Shown: positions 19,176 through 29,567, counted from the first letter of the stretch. The stretch is 64,000 nt of DNA from an uncultured Alphaproteobacteria bacterium (GCA_944392145.1 CALXVS010000004.1:5833-69832); one strand, 5' to 3'. A program made the numbers and translations. The notes: generated by a model from the letters alone, not told the origin.

Positions 19176-20261
19176 TCCCAACCGTCTGCCGGTCATCAAA
19201 ACATAAACCAAACCGATCGGAACCACGGCATTTAACACCATCATCGGCAAAAACCACAAGTTTTTACCGGCCATATTTTCAAAAGCCAACGCCAACGATT
19301 GAACCATTAACGCAGCCACAACGGCAGCATTGATACGTCCGATCTGACCACGGCGGTTATAATGCCCCGATAAAACACCGAACACCGCCAAAAAAACAAA
19401 CGTAAAATTATAAAGCGGTTGAACAAGCCGCTTTAATGCTTCAACTTTATACTTACGATAATGTGACATGTTCGGTGTATCTGCCGGTGTTGCCGATAAC
19501 AATTGACGCATATCATATTCGCGAATATCACTGCGCCGCTCACCGGTATTATCCCGGTCACTGAACCACATGGTATACCGGTCAAATTTCAAAACGGAAA
19601 ACTGACGCGTTTCGGGATTAAACTCTTGACGCGTTCCCTCTTGAAAAACAACCTGAATACCGGTATCTTCCTGAAAAATTGTTCCTTTTTGTGCAATTAA
19701 TGTTGCCACTTTTTTGGGATCTTTGGCATCATAGGCGATGACGCCCCGCACCGTGCCATCCTTGGCGCGTTCACGAACATAAAGGGTCAATCCGTTTTTA
19801 AAGGAGTTAAATTGTCCCTCCTGCAACAATAAATGTGACAGATCATTTCTGACTTTCCACTTTAACTCACGCAAATCCGTGTTGGATTGAGGAATCAACA
19901 CCAGTGTTAAAAAATATCCCACTCCCGCCAACACAACCGCCAACATCAGCGGGGCCGCCATAATCTGACGTCGGCTCATCCCGACAGCCTGCATAACCAT
20001 CAACTCTTTATCCGACTGCATCCGCGAAAAAACAAATAACACAACGGCAAACAAAGATAACGGTGATAAAATTTGAATAAAATTCGGCAAAACCAAAAGC
20101 GTCATTTTTAAAAAAACACCCACGGATACACCCTTGGTCACAATCATGTCCAACATCCGAAGCGATTGTGTCAGCCACACCAACGTTGTCATTCCCAATA
20201 AGACAACAACAAAGCCGACAATCAACTGTTTTAAAACATAGGCGTTTAAAATTTTCATCAA
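19176..20261 (-). CDS. lptG: LPS export permease LptG/LptF family (YjgP/YjgQ), 362 codons with no stop codon before lptD
   Basis: Six-TM permease (MMKILNAYVLKQLIVGFVVVLLG…). Reads in-frame into lptD ('…LMTGRRLG|MFFKK…'). Confidence 0.7.
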
Positions 20262-21166
20262 TCCGATCCTTTTGCCTCACTATACGCTAAAGGATGATAT
20301 TTTTCAACCGTCTTTTTTAACCGACCGGACAAAATATGCGTATAGATTTGCGTGGTGGCAACATCGGCATGCCCCAACATTTTTTGAACAGAAATCAAAT
20401 CGGCATCATGTGCGATCAAGTGGGAAGCAAATGAATGCCGCAGCACATGCGGTGAAATTCGGGCGGGCTCAATCGTTGTCTTGCATGCTGCCAATTTTTT
20501 CAATTCTTTAAAAAAACCATCACGCGTTAAATGCCCTGTTTTCCCATAAGAGGGGAACAACCATTTTGATTCCCGCCGATACCGTCCTTGCCGTTCAATC
20601 AACCAATCTTCCAACGCCGCAACTGCCATTTTTGTCAATGGCACCATGCGCTCTTTATGCCCTTTACCCACCACCGTTAAATGATGTGTATCATCGGTTA
20701 CGGCCACGACAGGCAGACAAACCAACTCACTAACACGTAACCCTGTGGCATAAAGCACCTCCAAAATTGTTTTTAACCGTGTGCTTTTTTCTCCAGCGGC
20801 CGCAGTTAATAAGGCTTCAATTTCCACCTCACTTAAATATTTGGGCAATACTTTACCGGATTTTGGCGACAACAAATAATCGGTCGGATTTTTCTTAATA
20901 CGTCCCTCGGAATACAAATATCGGTAAAATTCACGAATGGCAGACAGCCGCCGCCGCTGTGTCCGCACACTAAACCCTTGACGGGCCAAAGCATCTAAAT
21001 ATGTTTGTAATATCGCCTTATCAGCCTTTTCCAACCGAATGTTACGTGCTTTCAAAAAACCGAATAAATCACTTAAATCCCGACGATAAGCCGCCGTTGT
21101 ATTGTCCGCAGCGCCTCTTTCTGCCGTCAGCACATCCAAAAAGGCCTCAATTTGCGCTACTGTCAT
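20258..21166 (-). CDS. xerD: Tyrosine site-specific recombinase XerD (XerC/D family)
   Basis: R…HVLRHSFA…H…LGH…Y catalytic signature. Adjacent to aroK, as in many alphaproteobacteria. Confidence 0.8.
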   Translation of the reverse strand: MTVAQIEAFLDVLTAERGAADNTTAAYRRDLSDLFGFLKARNIRLEKADKAILQTYLDALARQGFSVRTQRRRLSAIREFYRYLYSEGRIKKNPTDYLLSPKSGKVLPKYLSEVEIEALLTAAAGEKSTRLKTILEVLYATGLRVSELVCLPVVAVTDDTHHLTVVGKGHKERMVPLTKMAVAALEDWLIERQGRYRRESKWLFPSYGKTGHLTRDGFFKELKKLAACKTTIEPARISPHVLRHSFASHLIAHDADLISVQKMLGHADVATTQIYTHILSGRLKKTVEKYHPLAYSEAKGSD

Positions 21167-22734
21167 CGTGACATTAACCTTTCACGCTCCAAAGCCGCAC
21201 CTGCTCCTTTAGGCAATAGTGTCTGAATCAACCATAACAACTCCCCTTCAAACGTTGGAGACGCATTTAATAATATCAACCCTTTTATAAGGGCTTCACC
21301 GTCTTTCATCCCCTCTTTCAAATGACGGATTTGTGCTGTAACAACCGGCGGATACACAGCCTTTTCTATCGGCCGAATTTCCGGATAAGATAAGACATCA
21401 GGCATAACAAAATAAGGAGTCAATCGTTCCATGAGCTCGTCACACGACGTCTTGTCTTCACGACACAAAAAAATCAATCCGTCCAACGACGGTAACCCCA
21501 TACCGGCTGTTTGAATAAGCGGCGCAACTTTCAAAGCGGCGATCGGATCGGCCTGAAGCACCTGATACCACAAATAAGCGGCCGATAAATTATTCTCACT
21601 TAAAAAAAGGATAACCGCATTTTGTGCCAATGCTTTATTTTCCGGTACCGGTTCAATATGACGAATGGCTTCGGCCAAAAACGGAGCGGTTTGGGAAAAA
21701 ACGCCATCCGCCCGCGCTGATGCGATAAACGCCGATACTGCCTTTATTTTATCGGAAACGGCAGAAGCCGTCCGAAGGACCGTTGCTGCCCGAATCCGAT
21801 CCGACAGCCCCTCTTCTTGGGAAAAAGTTTCGGCTTGCTCATAAACTGTTCTGAATGCTTCCGGTTCGCCCCCCATTCGTTCCATTGCTTTTAATCGTAT
21901 AACAGGCGGTAAACCACTTGATTGTTTGATAAAAGACATAACCCACATCGGTTGAGGAAACGCCAACAAATCCCCCTGCCCCAACGCTTCAATAAACGGC
22001 AAATGAACCGGCTTTAACATCACATGGTCCGGCTTTTTAAAAGGCCGTTCTTGAAAGAGTGCATCTCCCAACGCGGTGAACAAAGGATCGTCGTTTGCAT
22101 GATTTTCACGATACAGTTCATAGGCCAACGCAGCCCTGGCTTTATCACCATACGCGTTTAAACAAATCAACCGAATTTGATCGGAATATTCCAATTCCTG
22201 CATTTCCGCCGCTTGGCAAGCGGCTTCTCCCTGCCCGCTGAAAAAACGAGCAAAAAAAACAATCGTGTCCATTTCGGGGAGTCGGTCTTTTTCCGGTACG
22301 TATTGAATCAATTCGCTTCCCTCATGAAAGGCCCCCAATGAAAACAGTGTCCGCATGCGTGCCATCAAAAACGCCGTATCATCCAACGATTTAAGAGCCG
22401 GCCACACGGTATCCGTCGTATCGCTTAAAAGCAAATGAACCAATATGTCCCGCTCGGCCGGTGTCCAGTTAACACCGCTTACTTTATCAAACAATCGCAT
22501 CAGTTCCACAGGATCCGAATTAGCCCACAAACCAACCGGCCCCGCGACAGAACCAATTGTATTCAAACTCAACCGATCCAATTCGCGAATCGTAATCTTA
22601 TCCGCAGCCTGTGCTTTTAATACGATCGCCGTGACTATCAGGAAAATACCGCAAAAAAGTGCCGCGATTTTAGTTTTGATTCGCCCCATTGATGACTTCT
22701 TTTTCAATCGTTTGCACAGGCGGTGTTCCATCAA
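21163..22734 (-). CDS. Periplasmic protein of unknown function (523 aa)
   Basis: Signal peptide (…IVLKAQAADKI). Helical repeat-like composition. No recognisable motif. Confidence 0.4.
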   Translation of the reverse strand: MMEHRLCKRLKKKSSMGRIKTKIAALFCGIFLIVTAIVLKAQAADKITIRELDRLSLNTIGSVAGPVGLWANSDPVELMRLFDKVSGVNWTPAERDILVHLLLSDTTDTVWPALKSLDDTAFLMARMRTLFSLGAFHEGSELIQYVPEKDRLPEMDTIVFFARFFSGQGEAACQAAEMQELEYSDQIRLICLNAYGDKARAALAYELYRENHANDDPLFTALGDALFQERPFKKPDHVMLKPVHLPFIEALGQGDLLAFPQPMWVMSFIKQSSGLPPVIRLKAMERMGGEPEAFRTVYEQAETFSQEEGLSDRIRAATVLRTASAVSDKIKAVSAFIASARADGVFSQTAPFLAEAIRHIEPVPENKALAQNAVILFLSENNLSAAYLWYQVLQADPIAALKVAPLIQTAGMGLPSLDGLIFLCREDKTSCDELMERLTPYFVMPDVLSYPEIRPIEKAVYPPVVTAQIRHLKEGMKDGEALIKGLILLNASPTFEGELLWLIQTLLPKGAGAALERERLMSR

Positions 22735-22897
22735 TAAACGCTATAGCCGCAAAAAACAAAACGGCCAAAATGACCAGCGCTTTTAAAATATAGTGTTTTT
22801 TTTCACTTTTATAACGCATTTTATCATCCTTATACTAGACAGAGCATTAAAAAATTGATATAATCCCCTTGAATTAAGTTACAATTTTGCAAAAGAT

Positions 22898-23503
22898 TTG
22901 TCAAGAAAGAACATGAAATATCGACTGACGGAACCGAAAATCATTTTGCTTGTCGGCATGATGGGCGTTGGGAAAACTTCTTTAGGGCGTATTTTATCCA
23001 AAAAATTGGGTCTTCCTTTTACCGACAGTGATAAGGAAATAGAACGCACAACCGGTTTTACAATCTCTGAGTTATTTGCCAAATACGGGGAAGCGGCCTT
23101 TTGTGAAGGTGAGGAAAAAATTATGGCCCGTCTTTTAAACGGTGAGCCATGCGTTCTGTCATCGGGGGGCGGTGCTTTTTTATCCGAAAAAACGCGATCA
23201 ACAGCAGCTAAAAGTGCCATATCCATATGGTTAAAAGCCGAAACCGACATTTTATCAAAACGCACACAGGGACGGTCTCACCGCCCGCTTGTGCCGGCAG
23301 CAGACAATAAAAAAACGATTGAACGCCTTGTCAATGCCCGTTACCCGATTTATGAAAAAGCAGATATTACAGTCCCTTCTTATAATGAACCCCCGTTTAA
23401 AACCGTTTCACGGGTTGTTTATGAATTGAAAAAGCGCGGTTTGATCACAGAAATCGTTTGTGATAAACCGCTAAAACGTTTTAAGAATAAGGATCCCCGA
23501 TGA
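22898..23503 (+). CDS. aroK: Shikimate kinase
   Basis: Walker A 'GMMGVGKTS', LID and shikimate-binding blocks. Confidence 0.85.
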   Translation: MSRKNMKYRLTEPKIILLVGMMGVGKTSLGRILSKKLGLPFTDSDKEIERTTGFTISELFAKYGEAAFCEGEEKIMARLLNGEPCVLSSGGGAFLSEKTRSTAAKSAISIWLKAETDILSKRTQGRSHRPLVPAADNKKTIERLVNARYPIYEKADITVPSYNEPPFKTVSRVVYELKKRGLITEIVCDKPLKRFKNKDPR

Positions 23504-24753
23504 CCGCTTATCTTTTGCTGGTGATTTTATTAGGATGTTCGTTCTTTTTTTCGGGAACGGAAACAGCATTGACCGCCGTTTCACAACCTCTGTTGCATGA
23601 GCAGGAAAAACAAGGAATCCGTCGGGCAAAAACCTTAAATGCCCTGAGACAAAATTCACCCCGTTTAATCGGAACCTTGTTATTGGGAAACAATCTGGTT
23701 AATATTGCCATTACGGCCTTGGCAACCAGCTTGTTGATTGAAGCTTTCGGTGATTATTACGGTATTTTGCTGGCAACATTTGGTGTCAGTTTTGTCGTTC
23801 TTGTGTTTTCGGAAATTTTGCCGAAAACCTATGCCTTAAGCAACCCGTTATCCTTTTCACTGGCTGTGGCACCAATCGTAGCATTTGCCGTCAAAATTTT
23901 CGGCCCGTTCGTTACGGGGTTAAATTGGCTGTCCGCCCAAACAATGAAATTACTGCCCAAATCTCAAAGCGGCACATCGGAAGAAGAACTGCGCGCCGAA
24001 ATCCGCGGGGCAATTGATTTAAAAGCCGATAAAATGCCCCAAGAAAAAGGCATGCTGAAAAGTGTGCTTGATCTGTCCGACGTAACGGTTGAAGATATCA
24101 TGGTGCACCGTTCACAACTTGTTTCCTTAAACGCCGCCTTACCGGTCAAAGATGTTTTTGATTTTGTCACGCGCAGTCCGTTCAGCCGTATTCCTCTGTG
24201 GCGCGGCAAACAAGATAACATCATTGGTGTGCTGCACTCAAAAGCGGTTTTAAAAGCCATGAATACGTATTATTCGGGATATAAAAATATTCAATTAACC
24301 GACTATTGCACAAGACCCTGGTTTGTTTTAAACACAACCCCGTTGTTGGATCAACTGAATGAATTTAAGCGACGGCGTGATCATTTTGCCGTTGTGGTAG
24401 ATGAATACGGTGTCTTACAGGGAATTGTCACACTGGAAGATGTGCTGGAAGAAATTGTTGGTGATATTTCGGATGAAACTGATCGCCCAGAACTGTCAAC
24501 GTTACAAGTCATCAAAACCGATTCGGGCGCTTTTCGGTTAGACGGATCTGCGACCATTCGGGACATCAACCGTCATTTTAAATGGGAATTACCGGATGAT
24601 CATGCCGCAACATTGGCCGGTTATCTGATGTATGAAACCGAACGCATTCCCAACGTTGGTCAAACATTTGTTTTAAACGGCTTTACGTTTACGGTTGTTC
24701 AAAAAAACCGTAATCGCCTCACGCAAATAGATATTATTCCACCGGCAATTTAG
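23500..24753 (+). CDS. DUF21/CBS-pair/CorC-HlyC domain membrane protein (TlyC/CorC-type)
   Basis: Four N-terminal TMs, tandem CBS domains and a C-terminal transporter-associated domain. ATGA overlap with aroK. Confidence 0.8.
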   Translation: MTAYLLLVILLGCSFFFSGTETALTAVSQPLLHEQEKQGIRRAKTLNALRQNSPRLIGTLLLGNNLVNIAITALATSLLIEAFGDYYGILLATFGVSFVVLVFSEILPKTYALSNPLSFSLAVAPIVAFAVKIFGPFVTGLNWLSAQTMKLLPKSQSGTSEEELRAEIRGAIDLKADKMPQEKGMLKSVLDLSDVTVEDIMVHRSQLVSLNAALPVKDVFDFVTRSPFSRIPLWRGKQDNIIGVLHSKAVLKAMNTYYSGYKNIQLTDYCTRPWFVLNTTPLLDQLNEFKRRRDHFAVVVDEYGVLQGIVTLEDVLEEIVGDISDETDRPELSTLQVIKTDSGAFRLDGSATIRDINRHFKWELPDDHAATLAGYLMYETERIPNVGQTFVLNGFTFTVVQKNRNRLTQIDIIPPAI

Positions 24754-25354
24754 AACTTTCCCGATAACGATGATGGGCTTTTTCATCGGCTTTGAAACGC
24801 CCCAAAATAACAACATCGTCTACACCGGGCGTATTTTTAATAACAGACACGGCACGGGCTAACTCTTCAGACGTCTGAAAAATACCCATAACATACACAA
24901 CACCGTTTTCCATAACCAACTTATAATTGCTGGAAGAAATACCACGCGTAAATGTCAACTCCATTCTGATTTTGGCGGAAAGTGCTGCATCCTGATTCAC
25001 AACATCCAATCCCGGCGGCGGCGCCAAACGAATATAATTATAAACTTTATAGACATCAGGAACATTCCAAGCCGTTTCGCACACCTCATCAATCAAGGCT
25101 GGATCGGGTAATGCTCCCGTTAACAGAACAGCGCCCTCAAATACAGTCACTTCAATATCCAATCCATATTTGGCATCTCGCCGCACAAGACGATCGCGTA
25201 ACTCAATATTGATGCGTGTATCCGTCATATCGTCGGAAAAAGAACGGTCGTCCAACAAAATAACCGTGACACGGCTGACGCCGTTATAAACGGTGGTGAT
25301 GTATTGACATCCACTTAAACAAATCGCTAAAATCAAACAAATCCACAACCGCAT
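24734..25354 (-). CDS. Dual BON-domain outer-membrane lipoprotein (DolP/YraP-like)
   Basis: Likely start MRLWICLILAICLSGC (lipobox LSGC); the ORF-track N-extension looks spurious. Two BON-like segments. Confidence 0.6.
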   Translation of the reverse strand: MRLWICLILAICLSGCQYITTVYNGVSRVTVILLDDRSFSDDMTDTRINIELRDRLVRRDAKYGLDIEVTVFEGAVLLTGALPDPALIDEVCETAWNVPDVYKVYNYIRLAPPPGLDVVNQDAALSAKIRMELTFTRGISSSNYKLVMENGVVYVMGIFQTSEELARAVSVIKNTPGVDDVVILGRFKADEKAHHRYRESSKLPVE

Positions 25355-25355
25355 G

Positions 25356-25730
25356 TTACAAAACTCGCCATGCATTCTGAATATGTTTCGGTCCCCACGT
25401 TCCGGCTTGCCATAACAAGGCATCATACCGAATCAGGCATGTTCTAAACTGTGTGTTTTTCTTTAAAAACACACCCGATGACCGCACAACACGCATTTGA
25501 TTTTGAAGGGTAATGGCTTCAATAGCCTCACGGAATGTCGGACGCCGCTTAACCTCAACAAAAACAAGAATCTTGCCTTTTTGAACAATTAAATCAATTT
25601 CCCCCGCACCGGTCCCGCGACCGACCTTAAAATTTTGTGCAACCACATGGTACCCTTTCAGCCGCAAATACCACGCACTTAACCTTTCATATAAACGCCC
25701 CGTCCGATATGTGTCTTTTTTACAAGGCAT
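25356..25730 (-). CDS. yraN: YraN family (UPF0102) endonuclease-like protein
   Basis: Conserved 'GE.DLI…VFVEVK.R' core. Confidence 0.7.
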   Translation of the reverse strand: MPCKKDTYRTGRLYERLSAWYLRLKGYHVVAQNFKVGRGTGAGEIDLIVQKGKILVFVEVKRRPTFREAIEAITLQNQMRVVRSSGVFLKKNTQFRTCLIRYDALLWQAGTWGPKHIQNAWRVL

Positions 25731-26548
25731 TATTTCAACTCCAAAACCCGTTTGTAAACCGCGGCTTTAACCTGCCCCGTCATCGCGCATATTGTTTTAA
25801 CGGTATCGCGGACACTGTTTGTTTCAAGTGTTTTTAAAATCAGCCGATCAATCGCTTCCGGCGTCCACTCCTCTCCGGCTTGCGCCCGACCAATGACAAT
25901 GACCAATTCACCTTTCGGCGCCCCGTTTAATTGATAAAAATCTATCAATTCACGACAGCTGCCGCGCCGCGTTTCTTCAAATTTTTTTGTAATTTCACGC
26001 ACAACAGCCGCCGGCCGATCTCCCAAAATATCTGCCATATCCTGCAATGATTCAACCAACCGATTGGGGGCTTCATAAAAAATCAATGTGCCGGGAATGG
26101 TTTTAAGGGATGATAATACCTCCTGCCGCGCACCGCTTTTAACCGGCAAAAATCCTTTAAAAAAAAAGGCATCAGACGGCAATCCCGATAACTGCAACGC
26201 CGATAAAACCGCATTCGCTCCCGGCACCGTCGTCACTGTCACCCCCACTTCATGGCATGCCCGCACCAGTTTATAGCCCGGATCCGAAACAAGCGGTGTG
26301 CCCGCATCACTCACCAACGCAACCGTCATCCCCTCTTTTAACCGCCGCACTAACGTCGGCCGAACCCGATCGGCATTATGTTCATGGTAAGCGACCAATC
26401 GCTTCCCTTCAATGCCTGTCAATGTCAACAACTGATGCGTCACACGTGTATCTTCACACGCGATAATATCGGCACGGCGCAGTGTTTCTTTGGCCCGATC
26501 CGACAAATCCCCCAAATTGCCGATCGGCGTTGAAACAAGAATCAGCAT
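25730..26548 (-). CDS. rsmI: 16S rRNA (cytidine1402-2'-O)-methyltransferase
   Basis: Tetrapyrrole-methylase fold. Starts 'MLILVSTPIGNLGDLS…' (internal Met of the tracked ORF). Divergent from the lpoA-like gene, as in the E. coli rsmI/lpoA arrangement. Confidence 0.85.
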   Translation of the reverse strand: MLILVSTPIGNLGDLSDRAKETLRRADIIACEDTRVTHQLLTLTGIEGKRLVAYHEHNADRVRPTLVRRLKEGMTVALVSDAGTPLVSDPGYKLVRACHEVGVTVTTVPGANAVLSALQLSGLPSDAFFFKGFLPVKSGARQEVLSSLKTIPGTLIFYEAPNRLVESLQDMADILGDRPAAVVREITKKFEETRRGSCRELIDFYQLNGAPKGELVIVIGRAQAGEEWTPEAIDRLILKTLETNSVRDTVKTICAMTGQVKAAVYKRVLELK

Positions 26549-26638
26549 AAATCCGTTATCCCCTTTCAGATATCCCTTGAAAAAAACTGAAATCCAGTAT
26601 ATCATAGAAAAAGGTTTTTTGAAAAGGATTTATTAAAC

Positions 26639-27952
26639 ATGAAATCAAAAATCATCCTGGTTGCCGTTATTTTTTCCGTTTTAACAGGGTGTCAAACATC
26701 CACCATGAAACAACGACCGCATTTTGAACAAACACCGGTCTTGGAAAGCACCGAAACAACGTTTCGGCCAATGCCCAGCACAACGGTCATGCTGCTGCCT
26801 TTGTCGGGCCCGCAAAAAGCGGTTGGAGAGGCTCTGCAACAGGCCGGTATGATGGCTCAGGTTGAACGTCGTGGCAATCAAATGGAGTTGGTGTTTTTTG
26901 ATACCCATGGAACCGCCGAAGGAGCTGTTGCCGCTTATGAGAAAGCCCTACAAGTTCACCCGGATGTCATCTTGGGCCCTGTCTTTTCGGCCGAAGTCGC
27001 CGCCATAGCAAAACAAGATCCCAACATACCGGTTATTTCGTTTACCTCGGATAACAGTGTTTTAACGGACAATGTCTATACCATGGCCTTGCTGATTCCC
27101 TCACAAGTGCAACGGATTGTTGATTTTGCCTGTGCCTCCGGAAAACGTCGTTTAGCCGTTATGGGCCCCGAAAATAAAACAGGTGAATTGGCGATGAATG
27201 CGCTTTCTGAATCCATCAAAGTCTGTCCGGGCATGACACTTGAAAAAGTATCCCTTTATGCCCCTAAAACGGTTAATTTGGATCCGGCTGTCCTAAAAAT
27301 CATTCCCAAACCGATTGACCCCAAGAAAAAAGATCTGACACCCGAAGAACAAGAAATTCTGGCAACGCCTTTGGCCGACAGATTGACTTTTGATGCATTA
27401 TTTATCTTTGAAGACGGCGTTCGCTTACAGCAATTGGTTTCCCTGTTATCCTTTTACGATGTGACACCGACTGTCGTGCCGTTTTACGGCCTATCCAACT
27501 GGCAAAAAAGTAAAGATAAAAATTTGGCAGGTGCCTATTTCCCCAATTTACCAACATTCCGTTATCAACCCTTTGTTCAAAATTACCGCGCTGCTTTCGG
27601 TACGTCCCCCATGGAGCTGGCCGGATTCGCCTATGATGCCGTATCATTGGCATCGTTTTTAAATATGCAGCGCGCCATGAATCCGGCAACACTAACCGCC
27701 GAAACGGGATATAACGGCGTTCATGGTTATTTCCGTTTCTTACCCGACGGAACAAATGAACGATTATTGGGGATTTCCCAAAAAACACGACGGGGTCATT
27801 TACCCGTTGAACCGGCCGCCGAAACGTTTGAACGTCCGGTATTTGAGGCCTTACCTGATGAAACGTCTTTAAATGAGCCGTTTAATGAGTTCCCTAATGT
27901 GACACCGTCTTTTGAACAACAGACTCCTTTAAATACCATCCCCGCATTTTAA
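26639..27952 (+). CDS. Penicillin-binding-protein activator LpoA-like lipoprotein (periplasmic-binding-protein fold)
   Basis: Lipoprotein signal (VLTGCQ). PBP type-I-like domain. Conserved position next to rsmI/yraN. Confidence 0.5.
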   Translation: MKSKIILVAVIFSVLTGCQTSTMKQRPHFEQTPVLESTETTFRPMPSTTVMLLPLSGPQKAVGEALQQAGMMAQVERRGNQMELVFFDTHGTAEGAVAAYEKALQVHPDVILGPVFSAEVAAIAKQDPNIPVISFTSDNSVLTDNVYTMALLIPSQVQRIVDFACASGKRRLAVMGPENKTGELAMNALSESIKVCPGMTLEKVSLYAPKTVNLDPAVLKIIPKPIDPKKKDLTPEEQEILATPLADRLTFDALFIFEDGVRLQQLVSLLSFYDVTPTVVPFYGLSNWQKSKDKNLAGAYFPNLPTFRYQPFVQNYRAAFGTSPMELAGFAYDAVSLASFLNMQRAMNPATLTAETGYNGVHGYFRFLPDGTNERLLGISQKTRRGHLPVEPAAETFERPVFEALPDETSLNEPFNEFPNVTPSFEQQTPLNTIPAF

Positions 27953-27985
27953 TATAAAAAACAAACTGTTAGAACTTTTGAAAAA

Positions 27986-28140
27986 AGCGTTACAAAAAGG
28001 TTCCTTTTTTTGCAACCGTTTTTTTATGTTTTTTGAAAAAAAATAAAAAACAAGAAAATCCCTTAAGAATCAATCTGTTTTTTAAAAAATATCCGATAAG
28101 TCTTCTATCCGTTTGGACGGCGTTACAAAAAGGAACCTTT
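27986..28140. promoter_or_regulatory. Two copies of a 22-bp motif GCGTTACAAAAAGG-WW-CCTTT (27986-28007, 28119-28140) upstream of 28193 gene; candidate operator
   Basis: Direct repeat, each with an internal palindrome AAAGG-WW-CCTTT. The second copy is ~53 bp upstream of the ATG. Confidence 0.3.
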
Positions 28141-28192
28141 ATGTTACACTGCTAAGCATCTGTTTATACGTATCATAACGGGGGTTAGTATC

Positions 28193-29449
28193 ATGAAAAA
28201 AGACGTAACATCACAAACAATTTTATCCACAGACACCGGTCGCAGCATGGTAGAGATGTTGGGCACGTTGGCGATTGTGGGAGTATTAAGCATTGCCGGG
28301 ATTGCCGGATATCGGTATGCGATGGATAAATACCGCGCGAACGAGACGATAGATGAACTGAACAAACGGGCGTTTGTGTATGCCACACAGGTTTTAAATA
28401 ACGAGATACGGTCCGGAGAAACTTTAAGCAACGGCGAGTTTGGGAATAAAACCGCTTTGGGATATGATATAGAAGCGAACAAATCATATTATCCGGACGA
28501 ATTTGAAGTAACGTTAAGCAATTATCCGTCAGAGGTATGTCGTGATATTTTAAAAAATTACATGATACCGTATCAGATTATCGTTTCGGGGAAGGTTTAT
28601 GATCCGACATCAGATAATTATAGCATATGTGGAGAAGACGGTGAAACGGCCCCGGAAACGTTGTTTGTGTATACGGCGGATTTAAATCAAGAAAAAGAGG
28701 TTTTTGAAGAAGTAGAAGAAGAAGAAGTAACAACTTTTTATTACGATGAGGTCTGCACACCCGGTGAGGAGTTTGCGTCACAAGGCCAATGCTATCCGTG
28801 TGACAGCAGTGGGAGCTATTATATCGGCGATCAGTATGAATACGAATTGTGCCGCGCGTGTGGACGCCGGATGCCAGTTGGAAATTATTGCGTTCCGGGG
28901 TGCATGGCGGGACAGGTATATCATGCCGATAAAGAGGAATGTGTAACGCCCGAGTGCGTAACGAACAGTGATTGTGGTATAGGTAGTGGGAAATATTGTA
29001 AGTTGGATTCAAGCCAAAACAATTATTCCTGCACGGAAGCGCCGACGTATGGCACGTGTGAGAGCACCTCGGGCACACCAGTAACAGTTATCGGCGTTGG
29101 GAGATACCAAAAGTCCGGCAGCGGGATGAACTGGTGGAGTGCACAGAACTATTGTGAGGCGATTGGGGGACGTATGGCTACGGTTGCTGATTTTGGCTGC
29201 GGCTATGATTATGTGGGTGCAGGTAAGACGGGGTATTGCAATACGGATACAACAACGTCTTCAAGTGGGACACGCTCTGCTAATATGCAGGCGTTCCAAT
29301 CGGACAGTGCCTTTGGTAAGAGTAATTATTATTGGACAAGCGATTCGTATTCTGCGTGTTACGCTTACAACGTCCATCTGCACAATGGTAGCGTGCGCAA
29401 CGACAATCGCAGCCTCAGCACCTACGCTTTGTGCCGCGTCGGGGATTAG
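28193..29449 (+). CDS. Secreted protein with type IV prepilin-like N-terminus, Cys-rich middle and DUF1566/C-type-lectin-like C-terminal domain (418 aa)
   Basis: Leader MKKDVTSQTILSTDTG followed by RSMVEMLGTLAIVGVLSIAGIAGYRYAM (pilin-like hydrophobic helix with Glu at +5). ~25 Cys in the central part. C-terminal 'MNWWSAQNYCEAIGGRMATVADF…YYWTSD…ALCR'. Confidence 0.5.
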   Translation: MKKDVTSQTILSTDTGRSMVEMLGTLAIVGVLSIAGIAGYRYAMDKYRANETIDELNKRAFVYATQVLNNEIRSGETLSNGEFGNKTALGYDIEANKSYYPDEFEVTLSNYPSEVCRDILKNYMIPYQIIVSGKVYDPTSDNYSICGEDGETAPETLFVYTADLNQEKEVFEEVEEEEVTTFYYDEVCTPGEEFASQGQCYPCDSSGSYYIGDQYEYELCRACGRRMPVGNYCVPGCMAGQVYHADKEECVTPECVTNSDCGIGSGKYCKLDSSQNNYSCTEAPTYGTCESTSGTPVTVIGVGRYQKSGSGMNWWSAQNYCEAIGGRMATVADFGCGYDYVGAGKTGYCNTDTTTSSSGTRSANMQAFQSDSAFGKSNYYWTSDSYSACYAYNVHLHNGSVRNDNRSLSTYALCRVGD

Positions 29450-29567
29450 AGGCACAAATAAATCGGGTTCTTTTGCCTTGGGGCGGGTGTCTCCCATAAA
29501 ACTATTCCCGCCGATCAGCAAAAGAAAGCCCCCGTCGGCTCCCCGCCGGCGGGGGTGTTAAAAAAAC

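Noticed and set aside
28578-29561. ORFs 28578-29078 (-) and 29139-29561 (+) overlapping the 28193 gene
   Set aside because: Alternate-frame artefacts. 29139-29561 runs past the real stop into the pyrG tail region.
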